A DNA stretch of 61,197 nt, the filler included, from Porpidia crustulata (taxonomy: Eukaryota): NCBI GenBank assembly GCA_964255105.1. It is 12 parts of 12 records of this genome, joined end to end, with 100 filler letters (N's around TTAATTAATTAA, not from the genome) between each part and the next. Parts side by side here need not be neighbours in the genome. Positions count along the whole stretch, not along the records: positions 1 to 5,024 come from CAXUWE010001930.1; positions 5,125 to 10,143 come from CAXUWE010001931.1; positions 10,244 to 15,258 come from CAXUWE010001932.1; 9 more parts are not named here. One strand, written 5' to 3'. This document shows positions 1 to 11,870 of the stretch, one piece after another (within the stretch, counting starts at the first letter, position 1; each line of letters starts with the position of its first letter). A model generated the notes under the pieces. That model was not told the DNA's origin, did not search any database, and worked only from the letters and a program-made list of their open reading frames with translations. The position numbers and the translations under genes are program-made.

Positions 1-308
1 CTCCCTTTCCCCCATCCTTTTCATTCTCCTCCCCCTTCCCCATCGCACCTTAAATCGGAGAACCATATCCGCCTCCTTTGGCCCTTTTGGCCATCACATG
101 ATTTCATGTTTGCTGGAAGTCCCTTGCCGATTGGAGTCTGTTGAGGGGTTTGGTATCTTAGGTGCTGGGATCTTCGAAACGTGGTGCTCCGTCGTTGAGT
201 GAGCGTGCCGCCAGCATTGTTTACGGCTTAAAGAATATCTATACTGAAGCGAGTTCCTCTGGTAGGCCATGGCGAAAGTTTCAGTTTAATGAAGAGGTCT
301 TTCTTCTC

Positions 309-2075
309 TCATCCATGCTCGGTAGTACTTCTTCTTAGACTCTCGTTGACACCCCATCCGTCCTTCAAAAGTCCCCGGACATCTTCTAATCCTAATCCCT
401 TGGTCTCCGGGTAGATTTTCCACGCAAGGCCCCAGCCTGCAGTGCAGATGGCTGCATAGATCACAAAGGTCCAGACTGGGGTCAGGAATTCCATCATTGG
501 AAGGAACGTGAGGCCCACGAGGAAGTTGCTACCCCAGTTCGTCGCGGTGGAGAAACCAGACCCCAAGGAGCGGACCGATAAGGGGAAGAGCTCGCTTTGT
601 TGCCATGCTATGTTTCCGATACCTATTGCGTATCCGCAGACGTAGATGATCATTGCTCCAAGAATCACAACGGCCCATGGACTTTGCACCGCGGCTATTG
701 GAGATCTTCCCAGTTTGACCTGGCTGGCAGGACTATCCATGAAGTAATACGCAACAGAGCACGACAGAAGTCCGAGTATCATGACTGGCACCGAATAAAG
801 CAGAATTGGGCGTCGACCGACACGATCAATAATGGCTAAGGCGATCAGAGTGCAGATGAAGTTCGTGACAGCAATGGACAAAGATGTCAAGGTTGGCGAG
901 GAAAAGCCTAGAAGGGAGAAAATTGTTGCCGAGAAATACATCAAGGAGTTCTAGAGAGAATCAGCAACGTCTGTTTTAAGAGGAGGTACACATACGAAGC
1001 CACAGAGCTGCTGCAGGCCTTGCAATAAGCATGCAATAGTCAAAGCTCTCCTGTTTCCACCGATGCTAATAAGTTCCTCCAATCCATGTTGGAGGCGAAG
1101 GAGCGATGGAAAGGCAGTTTCTACCGTAGAAGGATACATGGCTTCGCTCGCCACCTCTTCCTCGATCATCTCAGTCTCGATATCATGGATGATCCCTTCA
1201 ACGACGTCATCCTTTCCAACAGCATACACTTTTTTGAGAACATCCCTGGCTTCTTGAGTGTGGCCAGCTGACATCAGCCATCTCGGAGTCTCAGGCAAGA
1301 AGATCATGAGTACAAATTGGAGGATGGCAGGTACAGCACCAAGACCAACCATCCATCTCCATCCATGTTCTCGGTGGGACAGGATCCAGCCAACTATGTA
1401 AGCAACGACTTGACCAGCGGTGATGAAAAGAATGCTTAAAGTGACCAACATCCCCCGGAACGCTGATGGCGAAAGCTCGGAAATATATCTGCGGTCTCGA
1501 CGTCAATAATTGACCTCGGAGTCTGACTGAGCAACTGACAATGGAACAACTAAACTTGCGCCTCCCACCGCAAGCCCAATCACACTTCTCCCAATAATCA
1601 TACGGACCACATTGACAGAGAGAGCCTGACACAACGCCCCGATAATGAACAATACATCTGCAATAAGAATCACCCTCCTACGGCCGAGCTTATCCGCTAG
1701 TATCCCAGCAATGGGGCTAGCAATCAGAGCATAAAGACTCGTGCAAGAAGTGATGAGGCTTTTATCGAGGGTGGTCAGTTCATGAGAGAGATCGGAGCCA
1801 ATCGATACAAGAGTTGACGAGATGACGCCAGTGCTGCGCGGATATTAGCCCTTGTGTAGAGAATGTGAAGGGTGGATCGCGGACTCGTAGCCAAATACCA
1901 GGCCGGATATGCCCGCTGAGAACGTGAGCGCCCAGATGAAGGCGCTTGGAGTGGTTGATTGGCTTTCCCGAGAGCGAGAAGGGATATCAAGATCATTAGA
2001 TTCATAGGTTCGGGCATCTATGGTATCCTTTCCTTGAATCAACGGGGCACTCGCGGCATCGTCCTGGTCAACCAT
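309..2075 (-). CDS. MFS sugar porter, myo-inositol transporter (multi-exon)
   Basis: ATG at 2075. Spliced GLVFGYDTGVIS (intron 1834-1884), PLYISELSP, GWRWMVGLGAVPA, LPETPRWL, LQQLCGF, DRVGRR, QQSELFPLSVRS, YPETKG. Stop at 309-311. Confidence 0.9.
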
Positions 2076-2550
2076 TTCGACGAGTTCAATCTCTCGTTCG
2101 TCCGTGTCTGTATAGAACTTCCATGTTTATAGATGGATGGGAACAAACACACGCTGGATATCTTAGAGGTCACCAGGGCAAGATCACAGGTTCTTGGGGA
2201 TAAGCCAGCTTACTAAGCCCGGATTACCTCAAAGGGCTATAACCAGGGTTGAAGCCCTAAGCCTGACTTTTGGATCAGTATGTTTCACCAGGGGGTATTT
2301 GGAGATCAATGGGTGATATGACTATGTTCTTAGATATTTATACACTCTAATTAATGCCAGTCACCCATCAGGACTCTTTTATGTTTAGATGGCCTAATCC
2401 ATCTTTTGTTGAGAAGGAAACATTAACTCCCGAGACCGGGAATGATCCCAGTCATATATCTATATACACCTGCCCCTATACAAAGAACATCAAACTTGTA
2501 CAACAAAATTTACTTTTGACCGCACATCGAATCTACATCATCGGTCGTCA

Positions 2551-3810
2551 CTAAGGCTTGTATCCACATTCGCCCAAGCTCGTCTTGAGCGCCTCGAGCG
2601 CCTTTTGGATGTCGTCTCGTTTCGGGTCTGTCACACTCACGCCCATGTGCCCAAATCTTATGTACTTGGCAGCAATTTCCTTGTGGAGGCCGCCGGCGAA
2701 AATGACGCCTTTCTTCATCAGATTCGGCAGGATCTCTGGAGCTTTGATGCCTTCGGGTAGATATATAGCAGTCATGCCGTTAGCTTGGTTTTCGGGCTTC
2801 GAGGCTACCTGCTTGAGGCCCATTGACGTGATGGTGTCCTTGATGCGTTGAGATGTTTCGTGGTGGACAGCGAATCGCTCAGAGAGTGGTCTCGAGAGTA
2901 ATTGTGTCAAGGTGGTATGGAGGGCGTGTACTAGTTGGATGGGAGGTGTGGCGAAATATGACGGCTTTTTGGCTTCGTAATTTTGCATTACTGAAACGAG
3001 TGTCAGCAGTGACTTCGTGGTGAGATAACATTGTAGACATACTAGGTAGCCAGTTTTTTATTGAGGCAAAGTATGACGCTGATGGTGTCTTTCTATTCTT
3101 GAACGTCTCGATTGCTCGCCCCGAGCACATCATAATGCAGAGACCAGGAGGACAGCCGATCGCTTTCTGGCTGGCCGTCAAGACAACGTCGATACCCCAT
3201 GCATCGAATTGAATCTCTTCGCTACCAACACTACATACTCCGTCGACGACAATCAAAGTCTCCGGGCTGACCCGGTGCACGAGATCTGAGACCGCCTTGA
3301 TTTCGCTCAAAACGCCCGTCGAGGTATCTACATGTGTGATGGTTATGAGCTTGAACTTCCTTTCCTTCAAAGTTTTTTCTATTTCTGGAAGCTGAGGACG
3401 GTCTCCGATCGGGGCTTTGAGCTGCGTTGCCTTGACACCGTACGTCTCGAAACAATCCGCGAACGAGTCTGCGAAGTAGCCGGTATGGAGGACCAGCGCT
3501 TCTTCACCGTGCTCTGCTAGATTGGCTGCTACCATATCCCACCCGAGCGTACCACTACCAGAGATGACGAAGGGCTGGGATGCGGGATCTGAAGTTTGGA
3601 CTAGCTTTCGGAGCATCGAAAGCGACTCACCAAAAGTGGCGACGAAAGGGGCGCCAACATGACTCTGGCTGAAACCGATCAGCTCTGTAAGGATACTATT
3701 TTAATAGGCAGAACTGCGTACCTATAATGGCTCATAGACTGAAGAACATTGTCATCGAATTCAATGGGCCCTGGAATTAGGAGCGCCGGGTGCTCTAGTT
3801 GATTCGACAT
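2551..3810 (-). CDS. AGX1: Alanine-glyoxylate aminotransferase (class V PLP enzyme), 3 exons; possible N-terminal extension to ~4026
   Basis: LLIPGPIEF, ISGSGTLGWD, THVDTSTGV, VVDGVCSVG, TASQKAIG (PLP lysine), YFATP, YIRFGHMG. First in-frame ATG at 3810. Confidence 0.92.
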
Positions 3811-4460
3811 CTTGCTCTTCTTTGCGTCTTGTATATCCGTAGGAGATGATCTTGAAAGGGGATTATATGGAATGTCGTCTTGTTCGGTGGACTGTCTTTC
3901 GGTGGAAAAAGGGGTATTGATCTCGAGGACTGGTCTTTTGGACAGATGTCTCGAGATGAGACTCAATCTGGAGCGTGGGGTAGCCAGGGCTAGGGATCGG
4001 AGGGGCACTCGGCAAAAGAGCGCCAGGATGACGATTTTCTAGATATTAGAGGGTTGATGCGCACCAGCGTTAATACGAGCAGATCTCTATCCCGTTATGT
4101 AGCAGAAGCATCTGAGACCCAACATTGACACGTAGAACGTTAAACTGTGACTTTCTTGACTTCATTGACCGAACGAAATCGCGTGCTTAGGGCATACCGA
4201 AATTGTCACGTTCTCCAAGGAATTTTTGGCAGGGATCTCGGATAGCCGCGAAATTCGTCACTGCAGACAGCTCCATAGGCAATTTACTGCGACATATCCA
4301 ATTTCTTCGACGATTTTTCTGTTCAAATCCTACTGGCTTGGCTTGACAAATTATCTCAGTCAGTCTGAAATCAGCCGACTGGATACTGAAAAAAGCCACC
4401 GGGACACACGATAATTGGGGGGAAAAGGGCAGAGCTCAATGGTTTAGACAATCGGTCGCA

Positions 4461-5024
4461 ATGGCATCCAGGCTCGTCCTGGTCCTCGGTGACCTATTCA
4501 TCCCCGATCGAGCACCCGTATGAGCAATTTCCATCCCAAATCATACTCCAGTAGCGCCGATAGACTGATGTTTGTCGAAGGATATACCGGCTAAAGTACA
4601 ACCTCCCAAACTCGTATATCCTACGCGCATGCTAAGCATCACGCCTACAGTTCAAGAAACTCCTTGCACCTGGCAAAATCGGCCAAATACTATGTCTAGG
4701 CAACCTCACCGACAAAGAAACCTACGACTTCCTGCGCCAGATCGCGCCCGACCTTCAGGTTGTCAAAGGCGATTTCGACGTCGAGGCTCCTAATCTTGCG
4801 CTTTCAAAGGTGGTCACGCACGGCTCGCTGCGTATTGGGTTCACGCATGGACACACGATCATACCGCCCGCAGATGCGGATAGCTTACTGATTGCGGCGA
4901 GGCATATGGACGTTGACGTGCTGCTTTGGGGTGGCACGCATAAGTTCGAGGCGTACGAGCTCGAGGGGAAATTCTTCATAAACCCTGGGAGTGCGACGGG
5001 CGCCATGGGGACGGGGTGGCAGGC
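4461..5024 (+). CDS. VPS29: Retromer subunit Vps29 (3'-truncated by contig end)
   Basis: MASRLVLVLGDLFIPDRAP / DIPAK (15-nt exon 4581-4595) / FKKLLAPGKIGQILCLGN...VKGDFD...HGHTIIP...DVDVLLWGGTH...FFINPGSATGA. Confidence 0.95.
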
Positions 5025-5124
5025 NNNNNNNNNNNNNNNNNNNNNNNNNNNNNNNNNNNNNNNNNNNNTTAATTAATTAANNNNNNNNNNNNNNNNNNNN
5101 NNNNNNNNNNNNNNNNNNNNNNNN
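5025..5124. other. Artificial contig linker N44-TTAATTAATTAA-N44; identical copies at 10144, 15259, 20374, 25488, 30601, 35710, 40818, 45925, 51024 and 56112 (each 100 nt)
   Basis: Identical 100-nt structure occurs 11 times, carries six-frame stops, truncates genes, and separates segments of non-increasing length. Confidence 0.99.
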
Positions 5125-6098
5125 CACCTTGATCCGGTGGGCTGCTGGGGATGTTGGGGAAGGTCTGATCGTAACATAATGTATTGTAACAAAGACAATA
5201 ATTTTAAGAATATTGATAGAACTTTTCATGTGCTCGATCGCGATTTATCGCTACGTGGAAAGATTGATACTTGCGATGCTCGCCCTTATTGGGAATAGGG
5301 GGAGCTTGATAGGGGCTTTGTAGTACAAGCTTGACGCAGGGTGAGAACCTCGCTCGAGCCACGAAATCCTCGTTCCTCAGCAATTAGTTCTACTCTCTAC
5401 AAGAAGCACCTACCATTCTTTACTACGCAGCTCAACGTCAGAGGCCTCCATCACAATTTGTCGTATTATCAAAAGTAAAAAGTGTTATTACAAATGTGAT
5501 TAACGTGATTAACGACACGCAAGGTTATATAATGTTGTTGTAATAAACTCTTCGATCATCGAGATACTTAAATATTACTCGCTTCGATTCAATCGTAATT
5601 GCATTTCTCACTTGTATACTTATATATATACATATAAACTTGAGTAATGAAAGTCGCTACGCGGTTGAGGCTCAAACGAATTCGACGCGTCAGCCCTGTG
5701 AGGGTGAAGTGACGGGCATTAGCGTCCGTTCGCTTGCGGAAAAATGGTGCTTTTCCTTTTTGCGACATTAGAGAGCGAGAGCTGAACTAGACCATTATTG
5801 AGCTACTGCTATCAAAGCACCGCGGTTCAACGTTGATCGCTGATGATGAATAAGGCATGGTGGTCTCAATACTTCTTCAGCGGTTACTCTGTTGTTTGTA
5901 TCCAGCTTGTGGTTCTTTCTACCTTCCTCCTTCCTCCAACGTCAATAACATCAGCGACACTTACCACCTCAAATTGGTACAGCATACCCGGCAGTCGCAC
6001 TGTTGATACACATCACCTTCTACATTTGATTGTCACATCATTGCAGCTTCCCAAACACAATCAAACCCTGATTGCAATTGCTCCAGTCAGAGGTCGTC

Positions 6099-9000
6099 AT
6101 GGACACCACTGGTGAACCCATGGATTGGCGCGTCGACACTCCCCCCATTGTCATTCACAAGCGACCTCGAGATGAGACAGAAGATGATGAGACTAGGATA
6201 CGACTAGAAAGAGACACACCTATTCGTTCCATACCGGGAGCTTTTGAGCCTGCGCCAGAACGTCCAATCATAAAGCACGACAATCTCAACCGCTTTGCGA
6301 CTGTTGGCGTCGAGTCTGCGCCGGCTCAAGCAACACCTCAGCTAGGCCTAAGTAGCCAAAAGGGGTCGTTCTGGCAATACGTTAATGGTACCATCACCTT
6401 GATTACATATGTTTCAAAATGTGTTGTCAAATCCATTGGCGCCAGAACATTCAGGGCCGGACGGTTCATCTACGAAAATCGCTATGTCGCTGCCGTCAAT
6501 GCCACCGAAACTGTGACTGCATCCCAGGTCGGAGCAACAGGCCCAAAACGGCGCAAAGTGCAATACAACCCCGACGCATTTACCCGCAACCCTCAACCCC
6601 CCCCACGCCGACCACCCCCACGACTCCAACCTCATCCGTACCATACCAACCCGAGAATTCGACGCCGAAATGAAGAGCGCGCCAGAAAAGAGGAATGGGA
6701 AGCTGCATCGAGAGAGATGGCGGAAGCTGGTCGTCGCCCTGAGCCTACAATGTCCGGTGCACTTCCGATTCCAAACAACTTTGAGCCTACAATCGCTCCG
6801 ACTCTACAGGTCGCCTTCGGAAGTCAGACTCATGTCTCTCATACTCCACAGCTCGCTACCAACCCCAAGGTTTCTACCGGCGCAATGTCAGATGATGCCC
6901 AGCCTCTGTTAGGCGATAAACAATTTGTCACAGAGGACAATTCTGACAGCGACGAAGTTGATGAAGATATGGGGTCGGACAGAGAAAATTTCGCAGACAC
7001 TCTCCCAGAACCGTGGCCACCAGCGGTCATCGATCACATCGACTCTTTCGGCTCAGATATCCAGGACTCAGACTCGGACAAGGACGAACTCATGTCTGAG
7101 GAAAACCTGTCTGAGGGCTCGGATATAGACGAGTTGATGTCTGGAGACGACGACAACGAGTCTCCTACTACGGATAACACGAATCCTCGAGTGGGTCTCT
7201 GGGAGGCAGCCGACCGGCTCCAGTGCGTCCAGGATGTGAATGAAAGCTCTGGTTTGGACTGGACGTCGCCCCTTGATCTTTTCAGCAAGCCCGAGGCACC
7301 TAAAAATCCGCAGTCAGCCACCGGTGGACTAAGCGCCTCGATTATGTTCTCGCCAACAATGACAATGCAGAAGTCATACAAGATCTTCAGGGAGCCTCAA
7401 AGCTCGCCCCTGTCTGACGTCCCGTCAGACTTTGATAGCTTATCGCCTGCTATGACGCCAGTGAGACGATCTCCGCAGAAGTCGGTCGCTTTCTTTGCGA
7501 GCCCAAAGACGGGTAAACCAGTTGATTCAGTCAGGAAGTACTACGTCAACGAGCCAATGTTTGAGATAGTAAGTTCGAGTCCACAGGAAAACAGCGAGAG
7601 TGACAGCATCTCGGGTTTCGTGGATAGTGACGATTCAATCTACGACGACCCTACACGGATAGCAGCCGCAGCCGCTTCTGGAGTGGAAAGTCAACAACAG
7701 CTAGCCTCCGCGTCTAAAGCGACACGGTCAAATCTCCCCCTTATGACCACTAGCTACACTCCCCCTGGAAGTCCGGATCCGGCCTCCTTTTTCCACCCGA
7801 GGAATTTTCTTCCTATCACTGGTGATGGCAATGAAGATGAAATTGCAGGCTGTGCCGACTCTGTGTCGGCTGATGCCTCTTTCATTTCCGATGGATCGCT
7901 CAGACTGGAATCAAAAGATCGTGGGATAGCAGGCTGTAACGGTGACATGCCGGTTGATGCCTCTCTCATATCTAATGGTTCTATAGATTCAGAAAATAGT
8001 GAGGTTGATGGCGCGGTAGGCTACATGCCAGCTTCCGCCTCTCTCCCTATTCATGGACCTATCCTCGCGCCGATCCAGAACAATCAATATGTAGGTCGCC
8101 AGACTCTTCGCCGAACAAACCCATCCTACATGATCACCGCCACCGAGCTCGGGAGTCCAATCAAGAAACGACGCTCGCCTCCAGCCTCGGCAAGAAGCTT
8201 ATCAAGGATTTCTATGGACTCCATGATCATGCAAGAGAACATTGAACACGCTCCCGCTCTGGTTAATATACCAGTCATGGCACCTGTGGTACATAAGCAT
8301 GCTGCGAACCAGGGCGAGAATACTTCACCTGCGGAACGTACCCAGGCACCTTCAAAAGGAGATAGTCCGGCTAGACAACGGAGAGACTCTCCGATGCAGG
8401 TCATGGCTTCTGAGATTGCCGCTACCCCTGGACCTCAGGCTACCGGCAGCGATCAGAGTACACCGTCATCCGATCTCGTAGCTCAATTGGGAAGCCTCAA
8501 GATGTCAGATCGTCGCCACTCTGTGCGTAGGATACAGCATGAACGAGAAGAGCGGAAACTTCGTGAGAAGGAAGAGAAGCGTGTTGCCGAAGAAAAGGCA
8601 CGCAAGGAGAGAGAACAGGCGGAAGCGATCGCAGAAAAGGCACGACTAGAGGCGGCAAAAGTGGAAGAAGCAGTCCGTCTTGAAAAGGAAGCCGAAGAAG
8701 AACGCAAGAGCCGGAGTGTTCGCGAGATCCCGGTCGAGGAGGTCATCCAGCCTTTGTCTGGAGAGTGGGAAGCCAAGGTTGACGTAGCGATGGCCCAAGG
8801 GCGCAATGACGTACTTGCCTCAACATCTACTGGAACCACATTGACTCGCAAGGATCTTGGAACGCTCTTCCCTCAAGCCGGTAGAGACCCAGCCAGTGGG
8901 TGGCTGAATGATGAGGTTATCATGGCCTACCTTCAAGCTGTTGTCGACCACGGACGGGAGATCTCTGGCTACAAAGATGGCGACGTTCCCAAATACCATG

Positions 9001-9602
9001 CCTTCAATACATTCTTCTTCAAGAACATCCGTGACAAAGGTGTCCAGAGTGTCAAGCGTTGGGCCACCAAAGCCAAGATCGGCGGCAAGAGCCTCGACTC
9101 CGTTGAGCGCGTCTTCATCCCCGTGCACTCCGGCGCTCACTGGACTCTCCTGGTCGTCAGCCCCATGGCCAAGACCATCGAGTACTTTGACAGCATGGGC
9201 GGCAGGACGGCACCGTTCGTCAAGGCGGCGCAGGAATGGCTGAAACAGGAGATGGGGAAGAGCTACCACGACGAGGAGTGGATGGTTCTGTTGCCGGAGG
9301 GCGGAGGGCCGCAGCAGGACAACGGGAGTGACTGCGGCGTCTTCACGGTGACTACGGCAAAGATGATCTTACTCGGGATCGACCCCATGGCCTATTCCAG
9401 CCTGGATATTCCTTTGCAGCGGAAGAGGATGGTGGCGGAGTTGATGAACGGCGGTTTCACGGCGGACTTTGCGCCGAGTTTTACGTTCGAGTCAGAGGAT
9501 GATGGGGATGAGGTCGAGGATGAGGTCGAGTATGAGGAGGATGGTAGCGATGAGGTTGAGGACGAGGTCGATTACGAGGACGAAGATGAGGAGGAGCTAT
9601 GA
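6099..9602 (+). CDS. ULP1: Ulp1-family SUMO protease (C48) with long disordered N-terminus, coiled coil and acidic tail; intronless, ~1167 aa
   Basis: GWLNDEVI, FNTFF, VKRW, IPVHSGAHWTL (His), YFDS (Asp), PQQDNGSDCGVF (Gln/Cys). First ATG at 6099. Confidence 0.9.
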   Translation: MDTTGEPMDWRVDTPPIVIHKRPRDETEDDETRIRLERDTPIRSIPGAFEPAPERPIIKHDNLNRFATVGVESAPAQATPQLGLSSQKGSFWQYVNGTITLITYVSKCVVKSIGARTFRAGRFIYENRYVAAVNATETVTASQVGATGPKRRKVQYNPDAFTRNPQPPPRRPPPRLQPHPYHTNPRIRRRNEERARKEEWEAASREMAEAGRRPEPTMSGALPIPNNFEPTIAPTLQVAFGSQTHVSHTPQLATNPKVSTGAMSDDAQPLLGDKQFVTEDNSDSDEVDEDMGSDRENFADTLPEPWPPAVIDHIDSFGSDIQDSDSDKDELMSEENLSEGSDIDELMSGDDDNESPTTDNTNPRVGLWEAADRLQCVQDVNESSGLDWTSPLDLFSKPEAPKNPQSATGGLSASIMFSPTMTMQKSYKIFREPQSSPLSDVPSDFDSLSPAMTPVRRSPQKSVAFFASPKTGKPVDSVRKYYVNEPMFEIVSSSPQENSESDSISGFVDSDDSIYDDPTRIAAAAASGVESQQQLASASKATRSNLPLMTTSYTPPGSPDPASFFHPRNFLPITGDGNEDEIAGCADSVSADASFISDGSLRLESKDRGIAGCNGDMPVDASLISNGSIDSENSEVDGAVGYMPASASLPIHGPILAPIQNNQYVGRQTLRRTNPSYMITATELGSPIKKRRSPPASARSLSRISMDSMIMQENIEHAPALVNIPVMAPVVHKHAANQGENTSPAERTQAPSKGDSPARQRRDSPMQVMASEIAATPGPQATGSDQSTPSSDLVAQLGSLKMSDRRHSVRRIQHEREERKLREKEEKRVAEEKARKEREQAEAIAEKARLEAAKVEEAVRLEKEAEEERKSRSVREIPVEEVIQPLSGEWEAKVDVAMAQGRNDVLASTSTGTTLTRKDLGTLFPQAGRDPASGWLNDEVIMAYLQAVVDHGREISGYKDGDVPKYHAFNTFFFKNIRDKGVQSVKRWATKAKIGGKSLDSVERVFIPVHSGAHWTLLVVSPMAKTIEYFDSMGGRTAPFVKAAQEWLKQEMGKSYHDEEWMVLLPEGGGPQQDNGSDCGVFTVTTAKMILLGIDPMAYSSLDIPLQRKRMVAELMNGGFTADFAPSFTFESEDDGDEVEDEVEYEEDGSDEVEDEVDYEDEDEEEL
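9500..9600 (+). repeat. Imperfect duplicated acidic unit (DGDEVEDEVEYEE / DGSDEVEDEVDYED) at the Ulp1 C-terminus
   Basis: gatgaggtcgaggatgaggtcgagtatgag-like unit occurs twice. Confidence 0.7.
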
Positions 9603-9884
9603 GGTCCAGGGACGAGTACTCCATTTTTTCTTCGCTTGTACAAACGCAAACCAGCGAGTCAGTCATGTATCGAGTGCCGTTTCCAATCTTGTTTTCTTCA
9701 GCCACTCAGAGGCGTTTGTGTCATGCCGTCATGATGGGAGAGATTTTGTGTTTTTTTGGATTCTGAGTTTACGGGCGTTTTGTTCTATACCCCCGCCGAA
9801 ACCGAGTCGCAAGTGCTGCACCGGTTCGGCTTTTTGTGGTTTTTTTTTGGGAGATGGGGAGATGGAGAGATGGAGGGAGTGAGA

Positions 9885-9912
9885 GTAGGGTAGGGTAGGA
9901 TAGGATAGGATA
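9885..9912 (+). repeat. Short (TAGGG/TAGGA)n microsatellite in the Ulp1 3' region
   Basis: gtagggtagggtaggataggataggata. Confidence 0.6.
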
Positions 9913-10243
9913 AATTGGAATGAGAATTCTTCCGTGGTTTGTGTGTGCGTGTGTGGTGCGTGACCTGTGAGATTGGCTGTTACGGGGTTAATGTAAATTG
10001 AGTGACTTTGCATTTTGTGTAGAGTGTTTTGGGAAAGCGTGGTGGAGATGGATGTGGACGGATTGGAACTCCAACCCCAAAGATAAATCTCATAAGTATT
10101 CATTCTCATCTATCTATCTAACTACCTGTAACGGGAAAAGAAANNNNNNNNNNNNNNNNNNNNNNNNNNNNNNNNNNNNNNNNNNNNTTAATTAATTAAN
10201 NNNNNNNNNNNNNNNNNNNNNNNNNNNNNNNNNNNNNNNNNNN

Positions 10244-11031
10244 TGATTGGCTAGATTAGCGGCTTTGGTGGCGCCCGAGAGCATATTGAGAAAACTGGTG
10301 CTGGAGCTGCATTTGCCTCGCGCTTGGGGACGGCCTGATGCTGGTGCTGGAGCTGGTGCGGGTAGCATGTTTGGTAGACTGCTGGTGATGTCGCCGGAGT
10401 TCTTGTCATGGCCGTCTGGCATGTAGCCTTCGCTAGAGCCGTCCTTTCTGACGAGCATGAACAAAGGGTTGTTGGGGGTGCCGCTGGAGGAGACGGAATT
10501 GAAGGTGGAGAGAGATGGGTACTGTTGCGAGCACTTGTTAGTGATTCAATTGATGGAGAGGATATAGCTATATCATCGACGGTTGTCTAGGAGGGTGGCT
10601 ATGGAAGGCATAGCTTACATGGATCTCAGCAAAACTTTTCATGTTCGCAAGGAGTTCTTCCAGCCTCGTGTACTTGTCGCTTAGGTTCGCAAGCCAGACC
10701 CGTCCGTATTAACGACGACGTATGTATTGTCGACGCTGAGAGCGACCAGTTTGGTGCCAGCGGTCTTGGAGCTGCGCAAGCGGACTGCAAGAGGTTCTGG
10801 AATGCCGCACCATTGCATCTTGTTCTTGTCTTTGACGACATAGCTGCCGCTGGGGCCCAGGGTGATCATCGTGGTGGGGATGTCATGTTCCACAAAGCCT
10901 TTGGCGTTGACAGAGAGATATTTTTCCAGGGGAGCGGGGAGGCCGTGGTTCATGCAGTAGAGCTTATCATCAGCATCTTTATAACCAATATAGTAGGAGT
11001 CGGCGGGACCGAGGGAAAATTCATAAACGTC
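10244..11031 (-). pseudogene. Hypothetical fungal protein with repeated LGP-x-(G/D)-SY units; apparent 1-nt frameshift near 10697; runs off contig end; 5' end uncertain
   Basis: DVYEFSLGPADSYYIGY...ITLGPSGSYVV...VALSVDNTYVVVNTDGS continues in another frame as LANLSDKYTRLEELLANMKSFAEIH. A GTAAGC...CTAAC...CAG intron then joins in phase to YPSLSTF...FMLVRKDGSSEG. Confidence 0.5.
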
Positions 11032-11870
11032 CTAATACTATAGATCAAGCAGATGTAGAACTCCCCATTCCATCTTGTACCCCCAAGGCTTGATCTGTTG
11101 GGACGAGCTCCTCTGAGGACTGCAAACCACTTATATTTATCGCACAATACCTGGCTTTTCTACTACGTCAATTTTGACCTAAGTTATATGACCATACCCT
11201 TAGGGATGATAATGCGCCGTTCAACTTCCTTAGCAATAGCTGTGATGTTTAACCTCACCCCTCTAAATTTCCATCAGCGTTATAAAACGCCTGGGGATAA
11301 TTCAACCACACAATGGTTTCTTCTTCCATGAAAGCACCTCTTAAATGTGCATTATTGCAGAGAGCATGCAACCCTACTAAAGGCACCAAAAATAGCCTTG
11401 TTCCATGGTACGATGTCGGTTGTCTATTGCATCGGCACAGACAAGTCTTGAATGAGGCATAGGTAGATAGCTGTATATCGGATTGCCCAACAGAAGCTCT
11501 GGAGAGCCATTGATGGATGTGGTCAGAGCGAGCTATGCTCGACAGAACTGCACACAATAGCAACGAGCTACTAAGATTTTTTAGTGCCCGATCCGTGGAT
11601 CATTGAGCAATACACGTGCCGTCGGTCGAGTAGCGACCACGTCAGGAGTAGTCAATCCGTGGCTAAGAAAAACCAGAGGAAGTGCACAACTTGGTTATCT
11701 TTGCAGGACTACCCAGTGTTGGAATTTGGGGGTTTATTGGCAATCTCCTCCACATGAGGCTGGGGACGCTAGTGGAGAATATCAATGCCATCAATTCCTG
11801 ATCCGCCAACACCCAGAGTCAGAGCCTCAACCTTACAGTTTTGGCAGGGCATTAGGCTAAGACACTGGAA

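Noticed and set aside
2200..2265. TAAGCC/CCCTAA words resembling telomeric repeats
   Set aside because: Scattered rather than tandem; no TTAGGG array.
5125..5700. AT-rich stretch upstream of ULP1 as a RIP-degraded transposon
   Set aside because: No terminal repeats or transposase remnants are visible; it cannot be distinguished from ordinary intergenic DNA.
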